A DNA stretch of 64,000 nt from contig RFFU01000078.1 in the NCBI GenBank assembly GCA_003697085.1, positions 3,152 through 67,151 on the forward strand, in the 5' to 3' direction. Source of the DNA: Candidatus Hydrogenedentota bacterium (lineage in GTDB: Bacteria; UBA8481; J006). The position numbers and the translations under genes are program-made. Of this stretch, positions 1-9,072 are shown in pieces. Below the pieces are notes generated by a model. The model did no database searches. It saw only the letters and a program-made list of their open reading frames with translations, and was not told where the DNA came from. The number at the start of each line of letters is the position of its first letter. The stretch's first letter is position 1.

Positions 1-511
1 CCACGAAAAGAACCTCTCCCGGGGTGACCCTCCATTCCTCCAACCACTCCCGCAAGGTCGGTGCCTTTTCCCGCGGAGCACCGGCGATCTTTTCAAAGAA
101 TTCCTTCAAACCGTGATGCGTAACTACTTCCAACAACTCCTTCTCCGGAGTTCCTGATATCAAACCGGTATGAAATCTTCCGGCGGCCCAGGAAAGCAGT
201 TCCCTCGTCCCCGGCACCAACGCCGCCGAAAAGACCTCCTTGCGTACCTCTTCCGTATAATCCGCCACCAGTTCCTCCACTATTCCCTCGACCTCTTCCT
301 CCGGTGCCTTCACCAATTCCCGCACGAGGTATTCCAACTTGACTCTCCGCGTGATCCCGCCGTTTCGGCGATGATGGTCCAGAAAAGCCTCTACGTGATC
401 GGGGAATCTCTCGCCAACGACCCGCCGGTAGGCATTGGTCTTGATACCGCTCGATTCCAACAGAACGCCGTCGAAATCGAAGTTCAGCGCCCGAAGTGCC
501 GCCTCTCCCAT
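1..511 (-). CDS. HAD-superfamily hydrolase (phosphatase-like); the 3' end runs off the window
   Basis: Absent from the ORF track because there is no stop in the window. My translation from ATG at 511 gives MGEAALRALNFDFDGVLLESSGIKTNAYRR...LISGTPEKELLEVV. It has the DxDG nucleophile motif of the HAD family. The start shares 1 nt with the upstream stop (TGATG). Confidence 0.7.
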   Translation of the reverse strand, partial: MGEAALRALNFDFDGVLLESSGIKTNAYRRVVGERFPDHVEAFLDHHRRNGGITRRVKLEYLVRELVKAPEEEVEGIVEELVADYTEEVRKEVFSAALVPGTRELLSWAAGRFHTGLISGTPEKELLEVVTHHGLKEFFEKIAGAPREKAPTLREWLEEWRVTPGEVLFV

Positions 512-1494
512 CAGACTTCGTTCCTTCTCAAATCATCCGGGACTCTTCCGGGAGGAGATTTCCCTTCGAAAAATGCAATAATGTTTCCCGCCGCTTCCTC
601 CTCCATCCTTTTCCTCGCCAAATCGGAACACGACCCCATATGACAGGTCAACAGTACGTTCTCGAGAGACCGCAGCGGCCCCTCATACGGTTCCTTCTCG
701 AAGACATCGATGGCCGCACCGGCAATTCCGCCCTTCCTCAAGGCTTCATACAACGCCGGCTCATCAACAACCGAACCCCGCGATGTGTTGATCAAAACGG
801 CCGTCGGTTTCATTCTGTTCAAAAACGCCTCATTCACCATCCCTTTGGTCAGTTTCGTCAGCGGAACATGAAGCGTCACAAAATCGGATTCCGCCAACAG
901 ATCCTCCCGCGCTCTCCATTCCACCCCCCACTTTCGGGCAAATTCGTGGTCAGGAGCAATATCGTTCGCCACGATCTTCGCACCGAGAGCCTTCATCGGA
1001 GGAACAACCAATTTACCGATCCGTCCCAGACCGATGATTCCCAGCGTCCGGGAATGAATTTCCAAACCCACATACCGCTTCCACTCTCCCCGCCGCAAGC
1101 CGCGATCGGCCTTTCCGACGAAGCGTGTCGTGGAAATGATCAACCCGACGGTCAGTTCAGCCACGGCGCGCGACACCGCATCGGGGGTCCAACACACTTC
1201 GATCTCAAGACGCGACGCGGCCGAAAAATCGATATTGTCGAGCCCGACTCCGACCCGAGAGATGATTCTCAGGTTGGGAAGCCTCTCCAATAAGGAAGCG
1301 CCATAAGAATCCGTCCCCGCCACGACCGCAACCGCATCCTTCATCAACTCCGCCTTTTCCTCCGTCGATGGCTTCCGCGTTGATCCCACCAATGTCGTAT
1401 CCACGAAAAAGCCCGCCTCCCGAAGCATTTCGACGGCTCGGCTCGCCTCACCAAAAACGCTCGTCGCCACGACAACCTTTCCCCGGTGTATCAC
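511..1494 (-). CDS. D-isomer-specific 2-hydroxyacid dehydrogenase (PGDH/GyaR-like)
   Basis: From ORF 511..1575. Motifs seen: GIIGLGRIGK (Rossmann), INTSRGSVVDE, LTCHMGS. I moved the start to GTG 1494, which overlaps the upstream stop as GTGA. Confidence 0.85.
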   Translation of the reverse strand: MIHRGKVVVATSVFGEASRAVEMLREAGFFVDTTLVGSTRKPSTEEKAELMKDAVAVVAGTDSYGASLLERLPNLRIISRVGVGLDNIDFSAASRLEIEVCWTPDAVSRAVAELTVGLIISTTRFVGKADRGLRRGEWKRYVGLEIHSRTLGIIGLGRIGKLVVPPMKALGAKIVANDIAPDHEFARKWGVEWRAREDLLAESDFVTLHVPLTKLTKGMVNEAFLNRMKPTAVLINTSRGSVVDEPALYEALRKGGIAGAAIDVFEKEPYEGPLRSLENVLLTCHMGSCSDLARKRMEEEAAGNIIAFFEGKSPPGRVPDDLRRNEV

Positions 1495-2237
1495 TTCTTC
1501 TCCTCTTCTTCCTCTCCCCCGTCCCGGCGTTCCAGCCCCATTCTTTTCACCCAGTATTCCCAGCCGTACTCCCACGGTTCTCGTTCGAGAGAAGTAAAAA
1601 TTTTTCTCAACCGCTCCAACTGCTCCTCCCGATCCACAGAAAGGTCACAGGAAGAGAAATCCGCCGGCGCCGCGATGTTGTGAATCCGAAAGCGCCCCGC
1701 ATGGCGATAAAAATACCGGGTGACATGTTCCTTGTCTTCCTTTTCCGTCCACTGTGCCGACCATTCGACAAATACCCTCGTGCGAACCACCTCCACCGAT
1801 TCCCCCTTCGGAAAACTCCGGCGCAATACATTTGTTACGATATCCACTTCGCGCCTTCGGAATTCTCGAACAAGGAGATCCACCAATCGGTAATCGAGAA
1901 GCGGGCTGTCCCCGTTGACCCGAACGAAATATTCGGCCGGGCAACGTTCCAACACTCCTCGAAACCGGGCCGCGACATCCTCCAGCGGTCCCCGGAAAAC
2001 CGATACCCCCTCCCGCTCACCGAACCCCGCAACGGCATCATCGTCCCTCTCCCAAGAAGTCGCCAGAATGATCTTCTTCAGTTCCCGAGCCCGGCGCAAC
2101 GATTCCAAGGTCCAATGGAGCATGGGACGCCCATTGAGATCGGAAAGCACTTTCCCCGGAAACCGTTTCGACGAGAAACGGGCTTGAAGAATCGCGATCA
2201 CCTCCGGATGCTCCCGATCCTCTTTCTCGAATTTCAT
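1491..2237 (-). CDS. SpsF/NeuA-like cytidylyltransferase
   Basis: From ORF 1491..2270. Motifs seen: AILQARFSSKRFPGKVL and VRVNGDSPLLD. The internal ATG at 2237 overlaps the Sua5 stop (ATGA). Confidence 0.75.
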   Translation of the reverse strand: MKFEKEDREHPEVIAILQARFSSKRFPGKVLSDLNGRPMLHWTLESLRRARELKKIILATSWERDDDAVAGFGEREGVSVFRGPLEDVAARFRGVLERCPAEYFVRVNGDSPLLDYRLVDLLVREFRRREVDIVTNVLRRSFPKGESVEVVRTRVFVEWSAQWTEKEDKEHVTRYFYRHAGRFRIHNIAAPADFSSCDLSVDREEQLERLRKIFTSLEREPWEYGWEYWVKRMGLERRDGGEEEEEKK

Positions 2238-3259
2238 CGTTTCCTCTCCGCACCAGACCTCTTCACGCAAGAACCCCTTTTCGCACGCGATGCTCTGATG
2301 ACGCGGTCACGAACGGCCCTTCCCAGCTCCTTCTCCGGCGGAAGCTCCACGAAAAGCCTCCGTATTCCCCTCCGATCCGCTTCCCGAAACAAGGCATACA
2401 ACCGCCTGGCGAGGTCGTCCACGCTTTCTACAATAAATATCCGTTCCTTTCTTTCTCGATGTGACGAAGAAGAAAGACATATCGCCGCCTCGTTCTCCCT
2501 CAGGACGGGACATTCTCCCTCGAAGGGAATAACGTTCGCCTCCGGAGCATAATGCGCTTCCGACGTTCCCGGCGATTCCCGTTGCCGCCCCGAGTCCTCG
2601 ATACGAACGGGGAATCCCAAAATCGCCTCGATATCCTCGATCCCGATTCCTCCGGGTCGGAAAAGAACCGCCTCACGATCAAATAGTCCCAGCACGGTCG
2701 ATTCGATTCCGACACGGCACTCTCCTCCATCCACCACTGCATCAACTTCGCTCCCCAACTCCTCGAGCACGGCCCCCGCCGTCGTCGGACTCGTTCTCCC
2801 CGATCGGTTCGCGCTCGGCGCCGCAACGGGTAAATCCGCCTTCTCAATTATTGTCCGTGCCACCGGATGATCAGGAATCCTTACACCAACGGTTGGATAC
2901 CCCGCTGTTACGACATCGGGGATCTCCGACCTTTTTTCAAGAACCAAAGTCAGAGGCCCGGGCCAAAAGGCCTCTGCCAACTTCTCCGCCGCCTCCGGAA
3001 CGTTCGGCACCAAGGCCTCCAGCCTTTCGACCGCATCGATATGCACGATCAACGGGTTGTTCGCCGGTCGCCCCTTGATCCGAAATATACGCTCGACGGC
3101 CGCGATGTTAAAACAGTCGGCTCCGATTCCGTACACGGTCTCCGTGGGGAACGCAACGAGCCCACCTTGGCGAAGTACCCCGGCGGCTACCTCGAGGTCG
3201 GATTCCCTTGAAGAAAGAATCCGGTCTCGTCCCCTCGATCCGACCGCCGCTCCGATCAC
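2234..3259 (-). CDS. tsaC: L-threonylcarbamoyladenylate synthase, long Sua5/YwlC type
   Basis: Motifs seen: GGLVAFPTETVYGIGADCFN and AAPSANRSGRTSPTTA. The 341-aa length implies the extra C-terminal Sua5 domain. Confidence 0.85.
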   Translation of the reverse strand: MIGAAVGSRGRDRILSSRESDLEVAAGVLRQGGLVAFPTETVYGIGADCFNIAAVERIFRIKGRPANNPLIVHIDAVERLEALVPNVPEAAEKLAEAFWPGPLTLVLEKRSEIPDVVTAGYPTVGVRIPDHPVARTIIEKADLPVAAPSANRSGRTSPTTAGAVLEELGSEVDAVVDGGECRVGIESTVLGLFDREAVLFRPGGIGIEDIEAILGFPVRIEDSGRQRESPGTSEAHYAPEANVIPFEGECPVLRENEAAICLSSSSHRERKERIFIVESVDDLARRLYALFREADRRGIRRLFVELPPEKELGRAVRDRVIRASRAKRGSCVKRSGAERKR

Positions 3260-3261
3260 CC

Positions 3262-3705
3262 CTATTTCTTCCGTCCGGAGGCTCGTTCCACATACCCTCC
3301 TCCGAAGTCGAGGCTCACCGTGGCATCCCGGAAATTGTAACTCCAGTGTTCCGTCCCCAAACCATAGTTCTTGATGGTATCCGGAGGCCCGAGAATGAAG
3401 CGGACTTCATCGGGATCCTTCTTGCGGAGTCTCGCGTTCAGTGTCGCCCCGAAATTTTCTCGCGCATAGATCGGACATCGACGGCGCGAGTTGTCCTGGG
3501 TCCTCTTTCCACTCCACACCCGTTTCTTCGTCTGCTTCACCGTCACCTTCGAAGTATCGAACCCATACTGCTTGTACGTGACATAAACGACACTTCCAAG
3601 AATCAGAAGGATCAGCGGCGGCAACAGCACCGTTAATGACAACTTTTCCTTCGGTGCGTTCGCTCTCATCCCCGCACTCTTCTTCTTTCTGGCCATAACC
3701 GACAC
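3262..3705 (-). CDS. Hypothetical membrane-anchored protein
   Basis: A basic N-terminus is followed by one hydrophobic helix (LSLTVLLPPLILLILGSVVYV). It sits directly upstream of tsaC on the same strand. I recognise no family. Confidence 0.5.
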   Translation of the reverse strand: MSVMARKKKSAGMRANAPKEKLSLTVLLPPLILLILGSVVYVTYKQYGFDTSKVTVKQTKKRVWSGKRTQDNSRRRCPIYARENFGATLNARLRKKDPDEVRFILGPPDTIKNYGLGTEHWSYNFRDATVSLDFGGGYVERASGRKK

Positions 3706-3972
3706 CTCCCGAGGAACTGATGAGATTCTACACGAATCCTAAGTTCTCTATAAACCACTCTTTTGAAAAAGGCGCATTTCCTTGGTGTGTTGCCGTCGTA
3801 CCGACAGATTCTTTCACTTTTCCGGCCTCAAGCCATCTATCAAATGATGATGTTTTTCTCAAATCGTTTAAAAGTGATGCCTATTCCTCCGATTTTTCAT
3901 CGTTTCTGTTCCAGCGGGTGCGATTTTATTTTGTAGGTAGGGGAGCCTTGCGGGGGATTCCGAAGCCGTTAA

Positions 3973-3994
3973 AAACGTCCGCAAACGGACGTTT
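3973..3994 (-). terminator. Hairpin AAACGTCCG-CAAA-CGGACGTTT (9-bp stem); on the minus strand the stem runs into TTTTT
   Basis: Read directly from the sequence. It lies in a 780-bp spacer with no convergent gene to terminate, so it may end a small independent transcript. Confidence 0.4.
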
Positions 3995-4064
3995 AGGCCG
4001 ATGCCTCGGAGGCGGCCAGGATGGCCGCCGAGAAAGAGTGAAAGACGATATTGGACAACTAGAA

Positions 4065-4137
4065 GCGGTTTCATAAGGCTCCCTTTCTCCTTGATAATGA
4101 AGGATTTCCGAGGCCATAACGGTACTTATGAAACCGC
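4065..4137. other. 73-nt stem-loop with a perfect 13-bp stem (GCGGTTTCATAAG / CTTATGAAACCGC) enclosing an inner 5-bp hairpin (TCCTT-GATAATG-AAGGA)
   Basis: The inverted repeat was read directly from the sequence. The strand and function are unknown. Confidence 0.5.
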
Positions 4138-4503
4138 GTCTACCTACTTTTTGAATCCGCACCCGTTTCGGCAGTTTTCTTCACCGCCAGACCAATTTCA
4201 GCGAAGGTATTTGTCGTGAGAGGCTTTTTCGGTGAAAAGCCATTTATCAGAAAGAATGAAGCCGACGAATTACACCGTTGTCTACGTAGATCACAGTAAG
4301 GTTTTCTTACCACACCATTGGAATCTGAAAGCCGATTTTCGACTTTTTCGTCATCGCTTATCTAGACTGGATTCCGTTCACGCGATATATTCCCTAATTA
4401 CAGGCCGATGAACAATATCAGTCGGAGGTTTCGAACCTTACTTTGTGCAAGATAGACACAACACCTTTGCGCCGACTCCATCTTGAAATCGAAAGGATTA
4501 TTC

Positions 4504-5946
4504 GTGTTATTCAATTCCTTTGATTTCGCAATTTTCTTACCCATAGTTTTTGCTGTCTATTGGATGTTGCGTAAAAACTTACGGCTACAAAACGCTTTTA
4601 TCGTCGCCGCAAGTTATATTTTTTACGGGTGGTGGGATTGGCGTTTCCTCTCGCTTATTCTTTTGAGCACTTTAATTGACTACTGTGCCGGGCGTGCTCT
4701 TTCGCGCACTGAAAACCCAGCAACTCGAAAAAAGATTCTTTTGTGCAGCCTCGTAGGTAATCTTGGTATTCTTGGATTTTTCAAGTATTTTAATTTTTTC
4801 CTTGACACCTTTCTTTCCGCTTTCTCCTTTTTCGGTGTTAAAATTTCGGGGCATTATTTGAACATCATTCTCCCTGTGGGAATCAGTTTTTATACATTTC
4901 AGACAATGAGCTATACCATCGATGTCTTCCGGCGAAAAATGGACGCTTGCAATAATTTCCTCGCCTTCGCCGCCTATGTCAGTTTCTTTCCTCAATTGGT
5001 AGCCGGGCCGATCGAGCGCGCCACGCACTTACTCCCACAATTCGAAATTGACCGCCATTTCGACTATTCGAAATCCGTCGATGGATTGCGCCAATGTCTT
5101 TGGGGGGGGTTCAAAAAAGTCGTGATTGCCGACAACTGTGGTCATTTTGTCAACTTGATCTACTTCTCTCCTGATAGTCACAGCGGAAGCACACTATTTT
5201 TGGCAACAGTTCTTTTTTCTTTTCAAATCTATGGAGACTTTTCCGGCTATTCCGATATCGCTATTGGAGTTTCACGTCTCTTCGGCTTTGATCTGCGGCG
5301 TAATTTCGCGTACCCTTATTTTTCCAGGGATATCGCTGAATTTTGGAGAAGATGGCACATTTCCTTGTCGACGTGGTTTCGCGATTACCTCTACATTCCT
5401 CTCGGTGGAAGTCGTTGTAACACAACAAAAAAAATCCGCAACACGTTTGCCATTTTTCTTGTGAGTGGCTTTTGGCACGGCGCCAACTGGACTTTCCTCG
5501 CTTGGGGAACGCTTCACGCCTGCTTTTTTCTTCCCCTGCTTCTGGCAAACCGCAATCGCCGGCATCTCGGTATTGTATCGGAGAAAAACGCTCTTCCCTC
5601 TTTAAGTGAACTCCGCTCGATCATAACAACCTTCGCGCTGGTAACACTCGGGTGGGTTTTCTTTCGTTCCAATTCCTTGGCAACCGCAATGCATATTCTC
5701 AACAAAATCTTTTCGACAAGCCTTCTCTCTGTCCCAGAACTCCCGGAAGCACCGATTACTCTCTTTTCTTTGCTCGCTTTTCTGTTAATCGCCGAATGGA
5801 TCGGCCGGTATTACGAACATCCGTTGATGATTCTTCAAACGATCCCGTCACGTTTTTTTCGGTACACATCTTATTATGGGCTCGTTCTTCTAATACTACT
5901 CTTCGGCAGTTTTGATAACATGGAATTCATTTATTTTCAGTTTTGA
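4504..5946 (+). CDS. MBOAT-family membrane O-acyltransferase (AlgI/DltB-like)
   Basis: From ORF 4483..5946. A GTG at 4504 gives the typical N-terminus MLFNSFDFAIFLP. Motifs seen: FWRRWHISLSTWFRDYLYIPLGG and GFWHGANW (the MBOAT His). The gene is AT-rich relative to its flanks. Confidence 0.9.
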   Translation: MLFNSFDFAIFLPIVFAVYWMLRKNLRLQNAFIVAASYIFYGWWDWRFLSLILLSTLIDYCAGRALSRTENPATRKKILLCSLVGNLGILGFFKYFNFFLDTFLSAFSFFGVKISGHYLNIILPVGISFYTFQTMSYTIDVFRRKMDACNNFLAFAAYVSFFPQLVAGPIERATHLLPQFEIDRHFDYSKSVDGLRQCLWGGFKKVVIADNCGHFVNLIYFSPDSHSGSTLFLATVLFSFQIYGDFSGYSDIAIGVSRLFGFDLRRNFAYPYFSRDIAEFWRRWHISLSTWFRDYLYIPLGGSRCNTTKKIRNTFAIFLVSGFWHGANWTFLAWGTLHACFFLPLLLANRNRRHLGIVSEKNALPSLSELRSIITTFALVTLGWVFFRSNSLATAMHILNKIFSTSLLSVPELPEAPITLFSLLAFLLIAEWIGRYYEHPLMILQTIPSRFFRYTSYYGLVLLILLFGSFDNMEFIYFQF

Positions 5947-5950
5947 AGTT

Positions 5951-7060
5951 ATGAAATTATTTATCAATAAGATCGTTTCTTTCCTATTTCCAATCTTTCT
6001 CACGATTGTAATAACGAACTTCTTCGTTGACCCTGGAACCCGATTTTTTCGGAAACCCATCGTTGAAAACAAAATTTACAGTGCTCTCCTCCAGGGCCAC
6101 AATCTTACGGGAATCGGAAACCTCGACGAATTCTCATTTCAACAAAGACTGATTTTACAAACGGACCAATGTCCGGAAATTGTCGCCGTCGGCTCAAGTC
6201 GGTCAATGCTGATTCACAATTATTATTTTTTTCCCCATTCTTTTCGAAACAATAGCATTCCAAATTGCCGAATCTCGGAAATGGCGAGTTTTCTCTTCGA
6301 ATACATAGAAAAAGGGTGCCGCCCGGATACTGTGTTGATCGAGGTTGACCCGTGGTCTTTCGACGCCTCCCACGAAAGAGGAGCCGTCCAAAACACAGAT
6401 GTTTCGCGGGCATTGACCGCTCTCGGACATTCTCCCCCGGCTGTTCCTCGTTATCAAAAATGGCTTCGAAAGACGAAGGCGGGTGTCTCTTACGTTTTAC
6501 CCTTGGTTCTTCCCTCCTATTTTCAGTCGTCCATCCGTCAGTTATACCGTCACGATACCGGCATTGTTGTCACTGATCAAATTTTCAATACCCTGCCAAC
6601 CCGTTTGGCCGACGGCTCTCTAAGCTACCAAAAAGCAATTAACACATTGACCCCTTCGGAATCCGAAAAACTCGCAATAAAAGATCTCGATCGACCTGAC
6701 ATGAAATCGAAAATTACGAGGTCTCACGTTTCTCACGAAACAATCTCTCTATTTGAAAATTTTCTGAAATATTTGGAAGAACGACGAATTGAAATTATCA
6801 TCATCGACCCCCCTCTCCATCCTCTTATTTGGGAATATATATTACAGTCGCCGGAATGCCGAGAAGTTCTGGAATGGGACAAAATCCTAAAACAAATCGT
6901 AAAAAAACATCACATTTTATTGATCGGCTCACTTAATCCGAAATCGCTTGGAATGAAATCAACTGATTTTGCTAATGGATTTCACCTCAATCAAAAAGGG
7001 GTCACCAAGCTTCTTAAGCCGATCTCGACTTGTTCTACACCAAATTGCTCATCGAAATAA
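5951..7060 (+). CDS. DltD-like/SGNH-like partner of the MBOAT protein (putative extracytoplasmic acyl-transfer protein)
   Basis: From ORF 5912..7060. The ATG at 5951 lies 4 nt after the MBOAT stop. It has an N-terminal TM anchor, MKLFINKIVSFLFPIFLTIVITNFF. VAVGSSRS resembles the DltD GSSE serine block, and DFANGFHLNQKG resembles the C-terminal D..H block. Recalled by eye only. Confidence 0.6.
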   Translation: MKLFINKIVSFLFPIFLTIVITNFFVDPGTRFFRKPIVENKIYSALLQGHNLTGIGNLDEFSFQQRLILQTDQCPEIVAVGSSRSMLIHNYYFFPHSFRNNSIPNCRISEMASFLFEYIEKGCRPDTVLIEVDPWSFDASHERGAVQNTDVSRALTALGHSPPAVPRYQKWLRKTKAGVSYVLPLVLPSYFQSSIRQLYRHDTGIVVTDQIFNTLPTRLADGSLSYQKAINTLTPSESEKLAIKDLDRPDMKSKITRSHVSHETISLFENFLKYLEERRIEIIIIDPPLHPLIWEYILQSPECREVLEWDKILKQIVKKHHILLIGSLNPKSLGMKSTDFANGFHLNQKGVTKLLKPISTCSTPNCSSK

Positions 7061-7476
7061 TTACCAATGATCGATTCACAAATGGTTATTCCTCGCACTT
7101 CCGCATTATCCCACGCGGAGCGTCCTCCCGGATACCGTACCTGAAATCCTTCCTTTCCCTTTAACAACCAAAGAGAATTCCTCGGCGGCGCATCAGCGCG
7201 AACGAAGCGAGGGAATGCTTCGGAACGACCGATGAAGAAGGCGGCGCCTTCCGCCCGTGCCCCGCACTCCGCGTCCTTTCCGAAGGGCCGCGAAATTCTC
7301 CCATAAACCATTTTGAACCCAAAGCCGCCGCTGACTTCTGTGCCAACTCGAAGGACACGGCTTTGCAAAGATGCAAACGAAAGCGCGACTGTCGGCGGCT
7401 GTACGTCAGGCGGAAGGTTTCGAAGGCATACCATCAAATCCTTCTTTTCCAACGCCGGCAGTGCGAACGCGATCAA
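6991..7476 (-). CDS. Hypothetical protein; the C-terminal ~30 codons lie in AT-rich island DNA and overlap the convergent gene by 70 nt
   Basis: A 161-aa ORF that is GC-rich like the host except at its 3' end. I recognise no family, so it could be non-coding. Confidence 0.35.
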   Translation of the reverse strand: MIAFALPALEKKDLMVCLRNLPPDVQPPTVALSFASLQSRVLRVGTEVSGGFGFKMVYGRISRPFGKDAECGARAEGAAFFIGRSEAFPRFVRADAPPRNSLWLLKGKEGFQVRYPGGRSAWDNAEVRGITICESIIGNYFDEQFGVEQVEIGLRSLVTPF

Positions 7477-7560
7477 CCGCGGTGTCTGAACAGGACCCGA
7501 GACTGGAATAAAAAGGCATTTTTATCCCCATCTATTTCTGAAAACCCGATCCTGGTCAAA

Positions 7561-9072
7561 TCACAACTTCTCCCGCGCGAGCAAAATACTTTTTTCGTCT
7601 TCGTACAAGACCCGCCACTTCGGCAACCTCCTTATTTTCTGAACCACGGGCAACCGGGACGGTAAAAGAACAGCATCTGTCGGATAGTTTTCCAGAAGCC
7701 GCCGCCAGCCCTCACCAGCATAATAAAAGTCGAAGGCCATCTTCGCGGTCGCCGGAGAATAGACCGTCTCGTAACGCCCGTCGAAAGCCACTTTCCACCG
7801 CCCCCGCGTCTTCCACGTAATATATTCTCCCCAGCCGAACCACGCCGCCACATTTCCCCCCTCCCCCCTTCCTTCGAGAACCTCCAATGCCGCTATCGGA
7901 TAAACGATTCCCGCGCCGTTCCCCTTCGTCTCGATCCGCCAAGAGAGATGCCGCGCCGTCCCGCGAAAAACTCCGACGGAAAGAAGAAGAAGAATTGTCC
8001 CCCAAACGCCTCGGAATCTTCTCTTCACCAACAAAATCCTCTCCGCCCGAAGACACACCCTGCGCGCGGTCAAGGCGATCGCGACATAAGCGCTCATCGC
8101 AAGAAACGGAAGGTGCCGTGCATGCCGAAAACCGAGAAACACGCACGCGCCTGTCACGATAAGAAAGGGAAGGTTCTTCCGAACACCGCGAATCAACCCG
8201 GCCAGGGCTCCCAGCGAGATCAGTGTCGCACTTGCAAGAATAACCCGTCCTTGAAGATCACCGCGACTCCATTTCCCCAGCGGCGCCCATTCTCCGATGA
8301 ACCGCCGCTCCATTCCCACCGCGCGAATAAGATAACTCCAATAATCCAAACCATAGGGATTGAACAGCGTGATCAGCAACACTCCGGAAACAAGTACCAA
8401 CATCGGGGGGAGCCAGATTCCTTTTTCGGAAGGGGCCCGAAGAAACGCTCCGAAGGAAAACAGCCCCAGAATTCCCAAGCCGGCCAGAACCCCCCCGTGC
8501 AATCCCGCCCACAGCGGAAAAAGCAGCGGAAGGAAGATATTCGTCGCCGTGATCTTCCCTTGCTCCCACGCGACACAACATTTCAAGATCACGGCAAAGA
8601 AGAAATACGTGAAGACTTGGGCTCGAACGGGAGAATATGCCACGCCCATCACGACGAGGAGTAAGATGCCCGCCGCCAAGACCACTGTTCGGGAGGCGTT
8701 GTTTCTTGCCGCAATACGGAAGAGAAGAATAAAGGTCGCCATTCCGACCGCCCATTTCAGGATCTGAAGCGCGCTCCATCCGAAGAGCGCCTGCAACGGG
8801 TAAAAAAGAATCCCCGTCAACCATTCGTGATAGACCCATCGGCTCCGAACCGGGGTGTACGCCGCACCGTAATCCGTAAAGGGAAACTTTCCTGTTGTCC
8901 AAAAATGTTTTCCAAACTGAAGATAACCGAAGAGATCCGGATCCGCAGTGACCGTTCCCAGGGCTCGCACCGCCGAGACAACGGCGAACAGACCGAGACA
9001 GAAAACGAGCCAACGACCACGGCCCCGCGGCGGCGGCCCCCCGATGGCCGGCACGTTTCCTTCACGCCCCAT
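7561..9072 (-). CDS. Polytopic membrane protein, possibly a GT-C-type glycosyltransferase
   Basis: It has about 11 or more hydrophobic segments. An acidic first-loop motif (TADPDLFGYLQFG) is present. The soluble C-terminal ~110 aa includes WFGWGEYITW...FDGRYETVY. Its start overlaps the cbiO stop by 11 nt. Confidence 0.55.
   Translation of the reverse strand: MGREGNVPAIGGPPPRGRGRWLVFCLGLFAVVSAVRALGTVTADPDLFGYLQFGKHFWTTGKFPFTDYGAAYTPVRSRWVYHEWLTGILFYPLQALFGWSALQILKWAVGMATFILLFRIAARNNASRTVVLAAGILLLVVMGVAYSPVRAQVFTYFFFAVILKCCVAWEQGKITATNIFLPLLFPLWAGLHGGVLAGLGILGLFSFGAFLRAPSEKGIWLPPMLVLVSGVLLITLFNPYGLDYWSYLIRAVGMERRFIGEWAPLGKWSRGDLQGRVILASATLISLGALAGLIRGVRKNLPFLIVTGACVFLGFRHARHLPFLAMSAYVAIALTARRVCLRAERILLVKRRFRGVWGTILLLLSVGVFRGTARHLSWRIETKGNGAGIVYPIAALEVLEGRGEGGNVAAWFGWGEYITWKTRGRWKVAFDGRYETVYSPATAKMAFDFYYAGEGWRRLLENYPTDAVLLPSRLPVVQKIRRLPKWRVLYEDEKSILLAREKL

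Noticed and set aside
170-1293. Plus-strand ORFs 170..643 and 496..1293
   Set aside because: They are antisense to the HAD hydrolase and 2-hydroxyacid dehydrogenase genes, which have clear family motifs.
4065-4137. The 73-nt hairpin considered as a tRNA, because of its length and its 5-bp/7-nt inner loop
   Set aside because: It has a 13-bp terminal stem instead of 7. It has no D- or T-arms, and loop position 33 is not U. I kept it only as an unexplained structure.
7948-9013. Several 130-250-aa ORFs (7948..8664 plus strand, 8258..9013 minus strand, 8360..8767 plus strand)
   Set aside because: All overlap the 503-aa membrane protein 7561..9072 in other frames or on the other strand. Only the chosen frame yields consecutive hydrophobic helices.
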